DNA from: Acidimicrobiales bacterium | GTDB lineage: Bacteria; Actinomycetota; Acidimicrobiia; Acidimicrobiales; Bog-793 | Length of the DNA stretch: 64,000 nucleotides | Reading direction: 5' to 3' | NCBI GenBank assembly: GCA_050013835.1 | Contig: JBEKEM010000005.1 | Location: 25,099-89,098 of the forward strand | Part shown: positions 55,518 to 64,000 of the stretch, piece after piece | How positions within the stretch are numbered: position 1 is the first letter of the stretch | Layout of the letters: the number at the start of each line of letters is the position of its first letter | Position numbers and translations under genes: made by a program | Notes under the pieces: model-generated | The model's input: the letters and a program-made list of their open reading frames with translations, nothing else | Databases searched by the model: none | What the model was told of the DNA's origin: nothing

Positions 55518-56360
55518 TCAGCGGGGTGGACCGGCCGCGACGCGCGCCCGGGCGTCCGACACGTCACCCCGCCACCAGCCGAGCGCCTCGACCCACCAGG
55601 TAAGCCCAGCCCCGGCGTAGGCGTCGATCCGTCCGGTCTCGTCAGCGCCCGCAGCCGTCGCCCCTTCGAGGGAGACGTCGAACGAGGCGCCGTCCCGGTG
55701 GGCGGCGACGTAGTCGACGATGGCGGCCAGCTCGCTCGGCGGCATCGTCTCGCCCGAGGGGTAGGAGGCGTGGATCGGGAACACGCCGTCGAAGCGCGCC
55801 GCCCGGCGGAAAGGCGCACGGTTGGGCCACCGCCCCCCGACCCAGATCGGGATGCGCGGGCGCTGCAGCGGGACAGGGGTCATCGGGGGAGCCTCGACCT
55901 GGAAGTGCCTGCCCTCGTGGGTGAAGGCCTCGCCGGTCCAGGCCGCGGTGACGATGTCGAGCGCCTCGTCGAGGCGTTCGGCGCGCGATCGGTCGTCGGG
56001 CGACTGCCCGAAGGCGGTGTACTCCTCGAGGCGCGATCCCAGGCCGACTCCGAGGGTGAAACGGCCGTCGGACAACCGGTCGAGCGCCACGGCACGTTTG
56101 GCGACCTCCCAAGGGAGTTGCCGCGCCAGCAGGGCCACGCAGAGCCCGAGGCGGATGCGCTCGGTCCTGACGGCGATGGCGGCGAGCGTCACCCACGGGT
56201 CAGTCACCGGCCAGTCGTCGGCGAAGAGCAGGTGGTCCCAGAGGAAGAAGCCGTCCCAGCCGGCTTGCTCGGCGGCGACGGCGAGCTGGCAGAGCAGTTT
56301 CGGGTCGGCGAACGGCCCGACGTTGGGCAGGTCGATCGCGTACTTGAGCTCGCGTGCCAC
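55518..56360 (-). CDS. Luciferase-like monooxygenase (LLM) class flavin/F420-dependent oxidoreductase
   Basis: WDGFFLWDHL, LDRLSDGRFTLGVGLG and PIWVGG motifs of LLM-class enzymes. Confidence 0.8.
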   Translation of the reverse strand: MARELKYAIDLPNVGPFADPKLLCQLAVAAEQAGWDGFFLWDHLLFADDWPVTDPWVTLAAIAVRTERIRLGLCVALLARQLPWEVAKRAVALDRLSDGRFTLGVGLGSRLEEYTAFGQSPDDRSRAERLDEALDIVTAAWTGEAFTHEGRHFQVEAPPMTPVPLQRPRIPIWVGGRWPNRAPFRRAARFDGVFPIHASYPSGETMPPSELAAIVDYVAAHRDGASFDVSLEGATAAGADETGRIDAYAGAGLTWWVEALGWWRGDVSDARARVAAGPPR

Positions 56361-56431
56361 CGCGCCATCATGCCCGCGGTTCGGGTGGGCGGCATCCGCC
56401 GGCCGTCCGCCGTGTGCGGCAGGCTTTCGGC

Positions 56432-56959
56432 ATGGCGGTGCGTGAGGTCGTCGACGGCGACAGGGCCTGGGTGGTGGGAGTGCTGACCGAGCGGTGGGGC
56501 TCGACCCTCATCGCCCGTCGCGACGCCTTCGTCGACGCCTCCGACCTGCCGGGGCTGATCGCCGAGGCGGACGGGGAGCGGTTGGGGCTCGCGACCTATC
56601 AGGAGTTGGACGGAGAGGTGGAGCTCGTGACGCTCGACGCCCTGGTCGGCTCGCGAGGCGTGGGTTCCGCGCTGGTGCAGCGACTGGTGGAGCTGGCCAG
56701 GCAACGCAGCTGCGGGCGCGTGTGGCTCATCACGACGAACGACAACCTGCCGGCGCTTCGTTTCTACGGTCGGCGCGGATTCCGGATCGTCGCCGTGCAC
56801 CCCGGGGCGGTCGACCGGGCCCGCCTGCTCAAGCCCGGCATCCCCCTGATCGGCCTCGGTGGCATCGAGATCCACGACGAGATCGAGCTCGCCCGGAAGC
56901 TCCGACCCGGCCCGGCCGCCGCGCCCGCGGGAACTGGCACAGCCGGCGGGCGGGGTTAG
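56432..56959 (+). CDS. GNAT family N-acetyltransferase
   Basis: ATG 56432. SRGVGSALVQRLVELARQ and ALRFYGRRGF motifs. Confidence 0.75.
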   Translation: MAVREVVDGDRAWVVGVLTERWGSTLIARRDAFVDASDLPGLIAEADGERLGLATYQELDGEVELVTLDALVGSRGVGSALVQRLVELARQRSCGRVWLITTNDNLPALRFYGRRGFRIVAVHPGAVDRARLLKPGIPLIGLGGIEIHDEIELARKLRPGPAAAPAGTGTAGGRG

Positions 56960-56977
56960 GTCCCGGGCGCGCCCGAG

Positions 56978-57526
56978 TCAGCCGTCGACCCGGCTCCCGG
57001 CGAACGTGCTGGCGTCGGGCTTGGCGAGCCCCATCGCGGTCCCGAGCACCTTCCAGAACTCAGGCGAGCGGGCCACCCAGCGGAGCTGCCCGAGGCCCCG
57101 CACCCCCTGGCAGCCAGTCGCGTCGACGTCGACCGACGGGAAGTCGTGGCCCTTGGCCGCGAGGGCGAGGTGGTAGGTGATGCCCCAGTCGGCCGGGCAA
57201 TGGAGGCCGCTCTTAGGCATCTTTGGCAGGGCGCAGAGCGCCCTTGCCGCCGCGCGCACGACCCTGGCGTTCCGCACGGTGACGAGGGAGGGGAAGGTGA
57301 AGTCGAAATGGTCCTGGGGGATCGAATCGGTGCGGGTGACGACGAGGCGGTCCATGTTGCTCACCGAGGAGCACAATGCTCCCAGGGTGGCCGGCCGGGC
57401 GTTCGCCCGGGACCGGTCGGCGGTGGCGCCGGCGGTTTGGCCGGCGGCGCAGAGCATCATCCCGGCGAGCAGCGCCGTCACGACCGCCCCGACCCGATAC
57501 CGAGGACCCTCGGTTTGCGGTCCCAC
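56978..57526 (-). CDS. Secreted hypothetical protein
   Basis: N-terminal signal/anchor VGAVVTALLAGMMLCAAGQTAGA. The mature part has several Cys residues (ALCALPKMPKSGLHCPADWG...ATGCQG). No family recognised. Confidence 0.6.
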   Translation of the reverse strand: MGPQTEGPRYRVGAVVTALLAGMMLCAAGQTAGATADRSRANARPATLGALCSSVSNMDRLVVTRTDSIPQDHFDFTFPSLVTVRNARVVRAAARALCALPKMPKSGLHCPADWGITYHLALAAKGHDFPSVDVDATGCQGVRGLGQLRWVARSPEFWKVLGTAMGLAKPDASTFAGSRVDG

Positions 57527-57637
57527 AGCCTCCCCCTCCCTGCCGTCACGCGTAGCTCGCCCACCTCTAGACGCTCGCCGTGCCCGGGAGGTTCGAAACC
57601 GGCACCGACCGGCGGGAAGTCCCCCGCGCCCCGGCGC

Positions 57638-58132
57638 TCAGTCGGTCGGGAAATGCACCTCCGCCTGCCATCTCTCGGTCGTGCGCAGGTTGGAAAGGGC
57701 CTTGCCGGCCCGCAGGGCCCAGTCGAGGACCTTCTCGGGTGCCTCCGCGGGCGGGACGCGCAGGACGAGTCCCCGCCGGACGTGGTCCTGCTCGACGAAC
57801 CAGCCCGCCGGGATGCCGACGTCCTGCGCGCGCAGCCGCTCGGCGGCGCGCCGGCCGCAGCTGTGCGTGATGCCGAGCCTCGTGTGCTCGGGTCGGCGGC
57901 GGTCCCTGGCGGCCGGGACCCACGAGCACATCGTGACGACCGGGTTCCCGCCGCCGAAGATCGCCCATAGCCCGGTCGGCATCGTCGGCGCGTCCTCGTC
58001 GTCGGCGAACCCGGGCAGGAGGTTGATCCAGCCACGCCCGGCGGCGGCGAACTGCGTCATGCAGGTGACGACCATCGCCGCATCCTCGGGCACGAACTCG
58101 AACCGCTCGACGCGTCGATTCCGCGCGTGCAT
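57638..58132 (-). CDS. Hypothetical protein
   Basis: 164-aa ORF with balanced composition, unlike the overlapping Arg/Pro-rich shadow ORFs. No family recognised. Confidence 0.5.
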   Translation of the reverse strand: MHARNRRVERFEFVPEDAAMVVTCMTQFAAAGRGWINLLPGFADDEDAPTMPTGLWAIFGGGNPVVTMCSWVPAARDRRRPEHTRLGITHSCGRRAAERLRAQDVGIPAGWFVEQDHVRRGLVLRVPPAEAPEKVLDWALRAGKALSNLRTTERWQAEVHFPTD

Positions 58133-58224
58133 ACGAGCAGCATCGCAGGTCCGGCGGTGCGACCGGGAGCCAACGGACGTGCTGCCGCCCGATCGACCGG
58201 TGATCCCGGTCGCGGTTCGCGCCC

Positions 58225-59030
58225 CTAGAGACCCTGGAACCTGATCGGGAGGTTCTGCGTCGTGGTGTGGCCCTTGGCGGCGGTGAGGCGGAGGGGCGTG
58301 CCGACGACGAGACGACTGTTGGTGTCGGACCGGTAGTAGGCAGCGATTGTCCAGCGTCCCGGGGCGAGGACGAGCGCGTAGGCGTGTCCCGGGAAGATGT
58401 CCTCATAGCCCTGTCGACCACCGCGGCAGACGATGCTGAGGGCCACGGCGGCCGGGCACGCCTGGATGCCGAGGTGCGCCTTCGACGAGAAACCGGCGGG
58501 CGCCCCTTCCAGCTTCACGAGGCCTCCCATGGCCGGCCCGCGATAGTGCACGGTGAGATCCCGGCGGACCACGCCGCCGGGCCCGAGGGTGACCGTCACG
58601 GGCGCGCCGTCGATGATCTGGCCCCAGCGCGTGTAGTAGTACAGCCCGACCTGCCAGGTGCCGGGACCGGTGAGCCGTACCGAGTAGCTGCCCGGCTTGC
58701 GGTGCGAGCCCAGGACGACGGCGGAGGCGCGCCGCGCGTGGCCGCCAGAGGCGATGACGTGGTGCACCACCGCGGCCCTGGTCGCGGGCGAACCCGACGG
58801 TGTCGCCGTCGCACCGCCGGGGCAGGCGACGAGGAACCCTTCCGCAGCAGGGCAGGCCTGCACGTAGAAGCCGGCTCGTGCCAGCCGGCCGGCGCGCCGA
58901 GGATCCGCGCCGTCCCGGTGACGACCGGGACTCCCGGCGCCGCCCGTGCGAGCGGCGCGCCCAGTGCCGCGAGAACGACGCCGCCGCCCAGGACGGTGAG
59001 CAACCTCACAGGTCGCGAGCGCCGCGTCAC
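58225..59030 (-). pseudogene. Frameshifted gene for a secreted protein with two tandem beta-sandwich-like repeats
   Basis: A signal peptide (GTG 59030: VTRRSRPVRLLTVLGGGVVLAALGAPLARAAPG) and the start of repeat 1 (TGTARILGAPAGW) lie in one frame. The rest (AGFYVQACPAAEGFLVACPGG ... to stop 58225) lies in another. Repeat 2 (LVKLEGAPAGFSSKAHLGIQACPAA...) spans the same junction in a single frame, which places the shift at about 58870-58885. Confidence 0.5.
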
Positions 59031-59203
59031 AAAATCCAGTATTCACGTGTGGCCAAGGGGAGGCGAGGACCTCGCCGGCAGCCGGGTGATCCGTGCCATC
59101 ACGCGACCGACTGGCAGGCCGTTCTCGCGGTTCAGGCGACGACGACGTGACGGTTCCGGCACGGCGCGCCCGAACGACGGATCGTCCCGTTTAGCATGAG
59201 CGC

Positions 59204-59572
59204 ATGGCCGTGGCCCGACTGGGTTCGATCTCACTCGACTGTGCAGACCCCGGAGCGCTGGGCGAGTTCTGGGCCGCACTCCTTGGCGGTGAGGTCTCGT
59301 TCCGGAGCGACGCCTTCGTCGCGGTGAAGACCGATCGCGGGTGGCTGTCGGCCGTGGGCATCCCGGACTACGAGCCGCCGGTGTGGCCCGAGGGTGCGCC
59401 TCCCAAGCAGATGCACCTCGACCTCGCCGTCGACGACCTCGAACTGGCACAGGCGGAGGCGGTGCGGCTGGGGGCGCGTCTGGCGGCGGTGCAACCTGCC
59501 CCGGAGCACTACCGGGTGCTACTCGATCCCGCCGGTCACCCGTTTTGCCTCACGACGCAGATCCCGTCGTAG
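59204..59572 (+). CDS. VOC/glyoxalase-like domain protein
   Basis: 122-aa ORF with LGSISLDCADPGALGEFWAALLGG and HLDLAVDDLELAQAEAVRLGA patterns. Confidence 0.8.
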   Translation: MAVARLGSISLDCADPGALGEFWAALLGGEVSFRSDAFVAVKTDRGWLSAVGIPDYEPPVWPEGAPPKQMHLDLAVDDLELAQAEAVRLGARLAAVQPAPEHYRVLLDPAGHPFCLTTQIPS

Positions 59573-59706
59573 CCCGGCACGCCGGAGACTTCCCGCCCGG
59601 TCGCCACCGACCGGGGGCGCGTCGTGGAAGGGACGGAACTCCCGGATCCTTCTGCGAACACGCCGGACGGGACCCCGTTGCCCGACCGTTGCGCGCGAGG
59701 GCACCC

Positions 59707-60519
59707 TTAGAGCGGGCCCTTCGTGCCGACTCCCTTGAAGAACGTGTAGCAGAAGACGCCGTCGGCCTCCGTCGTGCGGTGGAGCGCGCGCACACCGGCG
59801 TCGAAGGTCGCGGCGTCGATGAGGCGGGCCCCGAGCGCGGCTTCCCGCACCCCCTCGATCATCGCCGTGAAGGTCCTCCTGGTGAAGCCGTCCACCAGCC
59901 CGGCACGGCTCGCGTCGACATAGACCACCCGGGGCCCGGCCGCGACGGAGCCGAAGCCCGCCCCGACGAGGAGCGGGTAGACCTCCCGGCCGATCAGGGC
60001 GTTGCCGCCCGCTCGTCGTTGCAGCTCGACGAGACAGGCGATCGCCCGGCGGGCCGCGTCGTCGTCGGGGTGGAAGTAAGCGGACCCGTGGTCGCCCTCG
60101 ATCACCGTGATCGTCCCACCCGGCCTCAGCACGCCGCCGAGGACGCGCAGGGCTTCGGTCGGCCGGGCGAGGTGCTCGAGGACGAAGCAGACGAAGACGT
60201 GATCGAAGGACCCGGGGGCGAACGGCAGCGAGAAGATGTCGGCCTGGCCGAATTCGACGTTGTCGAGTCCCGCGGCCACGACACGTCGCCGGGCCTTCTC
60301 GAGCGAGTCGGCGGCGACGTCGACCGCGGTGAAACGCGCCCCGGGGCTCCGGGCCGCGAGCGTGACCGTCTGGGCGCCGACGCCGCAGCCGACTTCGAGC
60401 ACCGTCGACCCCGCCGGGTACGCCGTGTCGTGATGGAGCAGCTCGACGAGCGTCTCCGCCTGGTCAAGGAGGCGGTCGTCCTCGCGGGCGTGGTAGCCGT
60501 GCACGTAACGCTCCGTCAC
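59707..60519 (-). CDS. Class I SAM-dependent methyltransferase
   Basis: GTG 60519. Motif I VLEVGCGVGAQT and the post-I/II region FDHVFVCFVLEHL. Confidence 0.85.
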   Translation of the reverse strand: MTERYVHGYHAREDDRLLDQAETLVELLHHDTAYPAGSTVLEVGCGVGAQTVTLAARSPGARFTAVDVAADSLEKARRRVVAAGLDNVEFGQADIFSLPFAPGSFDHVFVCFVLEHLARPTEALRVLGGVLRPGGTITVIEGDHGSAYFHPDDDAARRAIACLVELQRRAGGNALIGREVYPLLVGAGFGSVAAGPRVVYVDASRAGLVDGFTRRTFTAMIEGVREAALGARLIDAATFDAGVRALHRTTEADGVFCYTFFKGVGTKGPL

Positions 60520-60548
60520 GGTCGCATCACCGCATCCGGGGTGTCATC

Positions 60549-61862
60549 TCAGGGGCGGACGAAGGCGGCGAGCAGTGCCTGGAGCTTCAGCTGGGTCTCG
60601 GCGAGCTCTGCCGCGGGGTCGGACCCGTCGACGATGCCGACCCCGACCAGGAGCCGCGCCGTCTTGCCGTCGACGAAGGCGCTGCGGATGCCGATCCACC
60701 ACTCGCCGTCACCCGAGGCGTCGACCCAGCCGACCGGGCCGGCGAAGCGGTCGCGGTCGAGCTCCTCGTTCTTCCGCAGGTACTCGAGTGCGGCGTCGCG
60801 CGGTGTACCCCCGACGGCGGGTGTCGGGTGGAGCTCGACGGCGAGCTCGAGCGCGCTCGGGAGCCGTGCCGCAGGTTGCTCGGCGCGCAGCGTCGCGGTC
60901 ACCAGTGTTGCGAGGTGGGTGACGTTGCGCAGTTCCAGGAGCTCGGGGGTGTCGGGGACTGCGACGTCGTCGGCGTGACGGACGAGGGTGGCGACGATCG
61001 CCTCGACGACGTAGCGGTGCTCGAGCCGGTCCTTCGGCGAGGCGAGCAGCCCGGTGGCGAGGCGGGCGTCCTCGCGCCGGTCGCCGCTGCGGGCGACGGT
61101 GCCGGCGAGCGGGCGGGACGAGATCCTTTCGCCCCGGCGCCGCACGAGAAGCTCCGGGCTCGCTCCGACGAATCCGTCGATCGCGAAGGCGGCGCACGTC
61201 GGGTGGAGAGCCCGGATGCGCTCCAGGAGGTCGTGCCGCCGGAAGCACCGGTTGGCGGCGATGACGACCTCGCGGACGAGGACGACCTTGTCGAGCTCGC
61301 CCGCGCGGATGGCGTCACGCGCGGCGGCAACGGCGGCGCAGAACTCCTCGTGCGGGCGGGCCGAGTCGACCCGGAAGCGGTCCGGGCCCGGCTCGCCATC
61401 GTCGTCGGGCAGGTCCAAGACGAGCCCGAGCTGCTCGCCGGGGCGGGCGACCTGCAGCCTCGGCCCGATGGCGACGACGACGGCGTCGTCAGCGTCGACG
61501 ACGACGGCGAGGCGGGGGATGACGAGCGAGCTCGCCATCCCCGCGTCGAACGGCAGGGCACCGAGGGCGAGGGCTCCGGGGAAGTTGGCTCCGTCCTCGG
61601 ACCGCCCCGGGATGGCGGCGAGGAGCTCGTGGGCGAGGCGGCCCGCTCCGGGCTCGCCGACGCCGAGGCGGAACTCGAGGCGGGCCGCTTCGCCCCAGGA
61701 GAGCACTGCGGCGCCGTCGCGCTCGACGAGGCGCCCGGCGCGGAAAGCGTGGTGCCGCGCTCGCTCGACGACCTCGGGGTCGACGGGCGCCGCGCGCCAG
61801 GCGAGGGCGCTGGCGTCGATCTCGCCGCCACTCGGGGACGTGAGGCGGGCCGGCGCGCTCAT
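60549..61862 (-). CDS. menF: Isochorismate synthase
   Basis: ATG 61862 overlaps the menG stop (ATGA). DKVVLVREV, HPTPAVGGTP and the GPVGWVD...WIGIRSA chorismate-binding motifs are present. The upstream 135 codons were rejected. Confidence 0.85.
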   Translation of the reverse strand: MSAPARLTSPSGGEIDASALAWRAAPVDPEVVERARHHAFRAGRLVERDGAAVLSWGEAARLEFRLGVGEPGAGRLAHELLAAIPGRSEDGANFPGALALGALPFDAGMASSLVIPRLAVVVDADDAVVVAIGPRLQVARPGEQLGLVLDLPDDDGEPGPDRFRVDSARPHEEFCAAVAAARDAIRAGELDKVVLVREVVIAANRCFRRHDLLERIRALHPTCAAFAIDGFVGASPELLVRRRGERISSRPLAGTVARSGDRREDARLATGLLASPKDRLEHRYVVEAIVATLVRHADDVAVPDTPELLELRNVTHLATLVTATLRAEQPAARLPSALELAVELHPTPAVGGTPRDAALEYLRKNEELDRDRFAGPVGWVDASGDGEWWIGIRSAFVDGKTARLLVGVGIVDGSDPAAELAETQLKLQALLAAFVRP

Positions 61863-62587
61863 GATCCTCCGCCGGACGGTAACGGCCGCCGCCGGGCGAG
61901 GGGCCGGCCGCCGGCGCGGGTGGCCACGATGACCTGGGCGATCCCGCCGTGGAGCGGGATCCGCGTCACCGCGTCGAAGCCGGCCGCGGCGACGAGCGCC
62001 GCCATCTCCGAGGGCGGCGGCAGGTAGGCGACCGAGCGCGGCAGGTAGCGGTAGGCGGGGCCGTCGGAGAGCAGGGCGCCGAGACGCGGGACCACCCCGT
62101 GGAACCAGACGCGGTGCCCGAGGGCGAGGAAGGTCGAGCGCGGCTCGTCGACCTCGAGGAGCGAGATCCGCCCGCCAGGCCGCACGACTCGTCCGATCTC
62201 GGCGAGTACGGCGCCGAGGTCGGCGAAGTTCCGCAGGGCGAAGCCGCAGACGAGACCGTCGGCGCATCCCGTGGCGATCGGCAGCATCTCCCCGTCGGCC
62301 CGGACGAGTGGCGTGGCGCCGGCGCGCGCGGCGGCGAGCATGTTGGCCGCGAAGTCGACGCCGACGGCGCGGTGGTCCGCGCGGGTGAGCTCGCGGCAGA
62401 GATCGCCGGTCCCGCAGGCGAGGTCGACGACGACCGAGGGCGGCGCCAGCTCGAGCGCCGCGACGGCACGTTTCCGCCAGGTGCGGTCGAGGCCGAGCGA
62501 GATGAGCCGGTTCATGAGGTCGTAGCGGGGCGCGATCCGGTCGAACATCGCCTGGACGGCGATGGCTTTCTCGGCACCGCGCGGCAT
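61859..62587 (-). CDS. menG: Demethylmenaquinone/ubiquinone methyltransferase (UbiE/MenG)
   Basis: ATG 62587. VQAMFDRIAPRYDLMNRLISLGLDRTWRK, DLACGTGD and RPGGRISLLE motifs. Confidence 0.85.
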   Translation of the reverse strand: MPRGAEKAIAVQAMFDRIAPRYDLMNRLISLGLDRTWRKRAVAALELAPPSVVVDLACGTGDLCRELTRADHRAVGVDFAANMLAAARAGATPLVRADGEMLPIATGCADGLVCGFALRNFADLGAVLAEIGRVVRPGGRISLLEVDEPRSTFLALGHRVWFHGVVPRLGALLSDGPAYRYLPRSVAYLPPPSEMAALVAAAGFDAVTRIPLHGGIAQVIVATRAGGRPLARRRPLPSGGGS

Positions 62588-62649
62588 GGGCTCGTCCGGC
62601 GGAACGGTACCCCGCCGGGCGGGATCTTCATCGGAGCGGGGTTCGGGGT

Positions 62650-63018
62650 TCAGCGGTACCAGAGCCTGAAGTAGTCGCGGCTTCGGGAATGGAGGAGAAG
62701 GGCGACGAGCGCGATCTGGAAGATCACGGCGAGGATCCCCGCGCTGAGGAGCCCGGCGACGGCGACGAGGAGGACGAGCGGGATCGCCGCCGCGAGGAGC
62801 GCCACCACGTAGCCCCAGCGCCTTTCGTTGGCGATCCCGTAGGCGCCGACGCCCTCGGCGACGGCCAGTATCAACGCGTAGTGCCCCGACCCGCCGACGA
62901 GAAGACCCGAGACGAGGCCGAGGAAGGCGCTCCAGTAGAGCAGCAGGGCCGCGATCTGCAGCGTCTGTGGCTGGCGGGCTGGGAACCAGTGTCGCTCGCG
63001 GGGGGGCAGGGTGATCAC
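62650..63018 (-). CDS. Small hypothetical membrane protein (4 TM)
   Basis: GTG 63018. A 122-aa hydrophobic ORF upstream of menG on the same strand. No family recognised. Confidence 0.55.
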   Translation of the reverse strand: MITLPPRERHWFPARQPQTLQIAALLLYWSAFLGLVSGLLVGGSGHYALILAVAEGVGAYGIANERRWGYVVALLAAAIPLVLLVAVAGLLSAGILAVIFQIALVALLLHSRSRDYFRLWYR

Positions 63019-63166
63019 GACCCCAGTCTGCCAGCAGGCGGGACGAACCGACCGGCGGGCAGTGGGCTAGCTCGATCTGGGTGGCTAGCTGCAACTCGAG
63101 CAGGTCATGCCAGAATGAGTGTGTCGAATGAAGCCTGTTCCTTAGCGGAGCGGAGGCGCGGCGCCG

Positions 63167-63742
63167 ATGGTTGCGAGACGAACGGCTGCAGTTGTGATCG
63201 CGCTTGCGATGATCGTTGGCGCGACCTATGCGGGCGCAGCGGCCGCAAGCTCCCCAGAAACCAAGACGACGCCCGCACTGGATTCGAGCAGCCGAGCGCA
63301 CACCGCAGTCCCCGGCTGCAAAGCAACCGACATCGTGTTGGGATCGTCGACGTCAGGCTTCGGATTCGCATCGCAGGGGTACCAGTTGATCGATGTCCAG
63401 CAGCGAATTCGAAATGTGGGTGTGACGTGTGCGTTTGTCGTACCCAAACAGGTTCGAGTCGGAAGGACAAAAGGAGCACTCACCCTGGTTCCAATCACGA
63501 ACTCGGGTTACGCGCGGTCCTCGATGCTGAAGCACGGGCGGGTTGCAACGATCGTCCTTGGATCCTGGTGGCCGCTCCCGGCTTCTGTCCGATCGCCGAA
63601 TTCATGCCACTCAAACATCTCAGCGGTGACTCGAGTGGAAATTCCCCTTTCGGGATCGTTGCTGAAGATCTCTTTGCCGAGGACCTGGCACTTGGTCTGC
63701 ACCACTTCGGCGAGCCTCTCGATCAGTGTTGACCTCAGTTGA
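63167..63742 (+). CDS. Secreted hypothetical protein (possibly DUF4232-like)
   Basis: Signal peptide MVARRTAAVVIALAMIVGATYAGAAAA. PGCKATDIVLG...IRNVGVTCAFVVPKQVRV is reminiscent of DUF4232. GC3 is markedly low compared with the rest of the window. Confidence 0.6.
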   Translation: MVARRTAAVVIALAMIVGATYAGAAAASSPETKTTPALDSSSRAHTAVPGCKATDIVLGSSTSGFGFASQGYQLIDVQQRIRNVGVTCAFVVPKQVRVGRTKGALTLVPITNSGYARSSMLKHGRVATIVLGSWWPLPASVRSPNSCHSNISAVTRVEIPLSGSLLKISLPRTWHLVCTTSASLSISVDLS

Positions 63743-63808
63743 TGGGCTGGAGGTCAGCGACAATTGTGTGAGCTTCTCCCGGGTTCGTCGACAGCGGCGC
63801 GAGCCCGA

Positions 63809-63830
63809 AAGGCCGCTCGCAAGCGGCCTT
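63809..63830 (+). terminator. Candidate stem-loop downstream of the secreted-protein gene
   Basis: AAGGCCGC-tcgcaa-GCGGCCTT is an 8-bp stem 67 nt after the stop. Confidence 0.3.
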
Positions 63831-63929
63831 AACGGGATGGCTTGACACGACGACTTGGTCAGGGACTGCTCAAACTGGCCCACTATCGACCGGCGGAGAC
63901 ACCCGCCGGCTGGGATGGGACGATGGGTG

Positions 63930-64000
63930 ATGGCCTACTACCGGAAACCGGGCTGGTTCACCGTCCACATCTTCAACGGCGGCATCACTCTCGCCGCCCG
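63930..64000 (+). CDS. Partial CDS (5' end), probably a deazaflavin (F420)-dependent nitroreductase-family (DDN/DUF385-like) protein
   Basis: MAYYRKPGWFTVHIFNGGITLAA... resembles the N-terminus of this family as I recall it. Only 23 codons are visible. Confidence 0.4.
   Translation, partial: MAYYRKPGWFTVHIFNGGITLAA

Overview
This is a very G+C-rich bacterial chromosomal window; third codon positions are almost all G/C. It holds about 60 tightly packed protein-coding genes, many joined by 4-nt start/stop overlaps. I found no rRNA, tRNA, CRISPR array, transposase, integrase or recognisable defence system. The core (28.8-39.5 kb) is a housekeeping block, relA-hisS-aspS-rarA-alaS-ruvX-aroE, in the gene order known from Actinomycetota. 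It is followed by two SEDS (RodA/FtsW-family) genes flanking a DUF151 nuclease, then ppk1-ppx, a polyprenol-phosphate mannose synthase and menF/menG. The left third carries a drug-efflux module (ABC ATPase / TetR / MFS), a four-gene membrane-protein cluster (flavodoxin, DUF4389, RDD, CPBP protease), transketolase, small accessory enzymes (GNAT, VOC, cupin), an acs / satP-pat acetate divergon and two tandem peroxiredoxins. Two short stretches (about 49.8-52.7 kb and 63.0-63.9 kb) are visibly less G+C-rich. They use atypical codons and encode secreted proteins of unknown function. The six-frame track is dominated by long Arg/Pro/Gly/Ala-rich shadow ORFs, antisense or out of frame with real genes, and by spurious 5' extensions. 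I trimmed starts using SD motifs, overlaps and the onset of conserved domains. The candidates most worth a second look are: (1) tandem Prx6-type paralogs with reciprocal active-site loss; (2) a secreted 7-repeat propeller-like protein and a ligand-degenerate Cu,Zn-SOD-like protein in a low-GC islet bordered by stacked hairpins; (3) a DUF151 nuclease with a histone-H1-like repeat tail, translationally coupled to a SEDS gene and overlapping a second SEDS gene tail-to-tail; (4) a zinc-ribbon RDD plus zinc-ribbon/DUF2510/CPBP protease pair; (5) a frameshifted secreted repeat protein. None of these is a demonstrably novel system. All product calls rest on motif recognition by eye, with no database search, HMM, folding or composition calculation.
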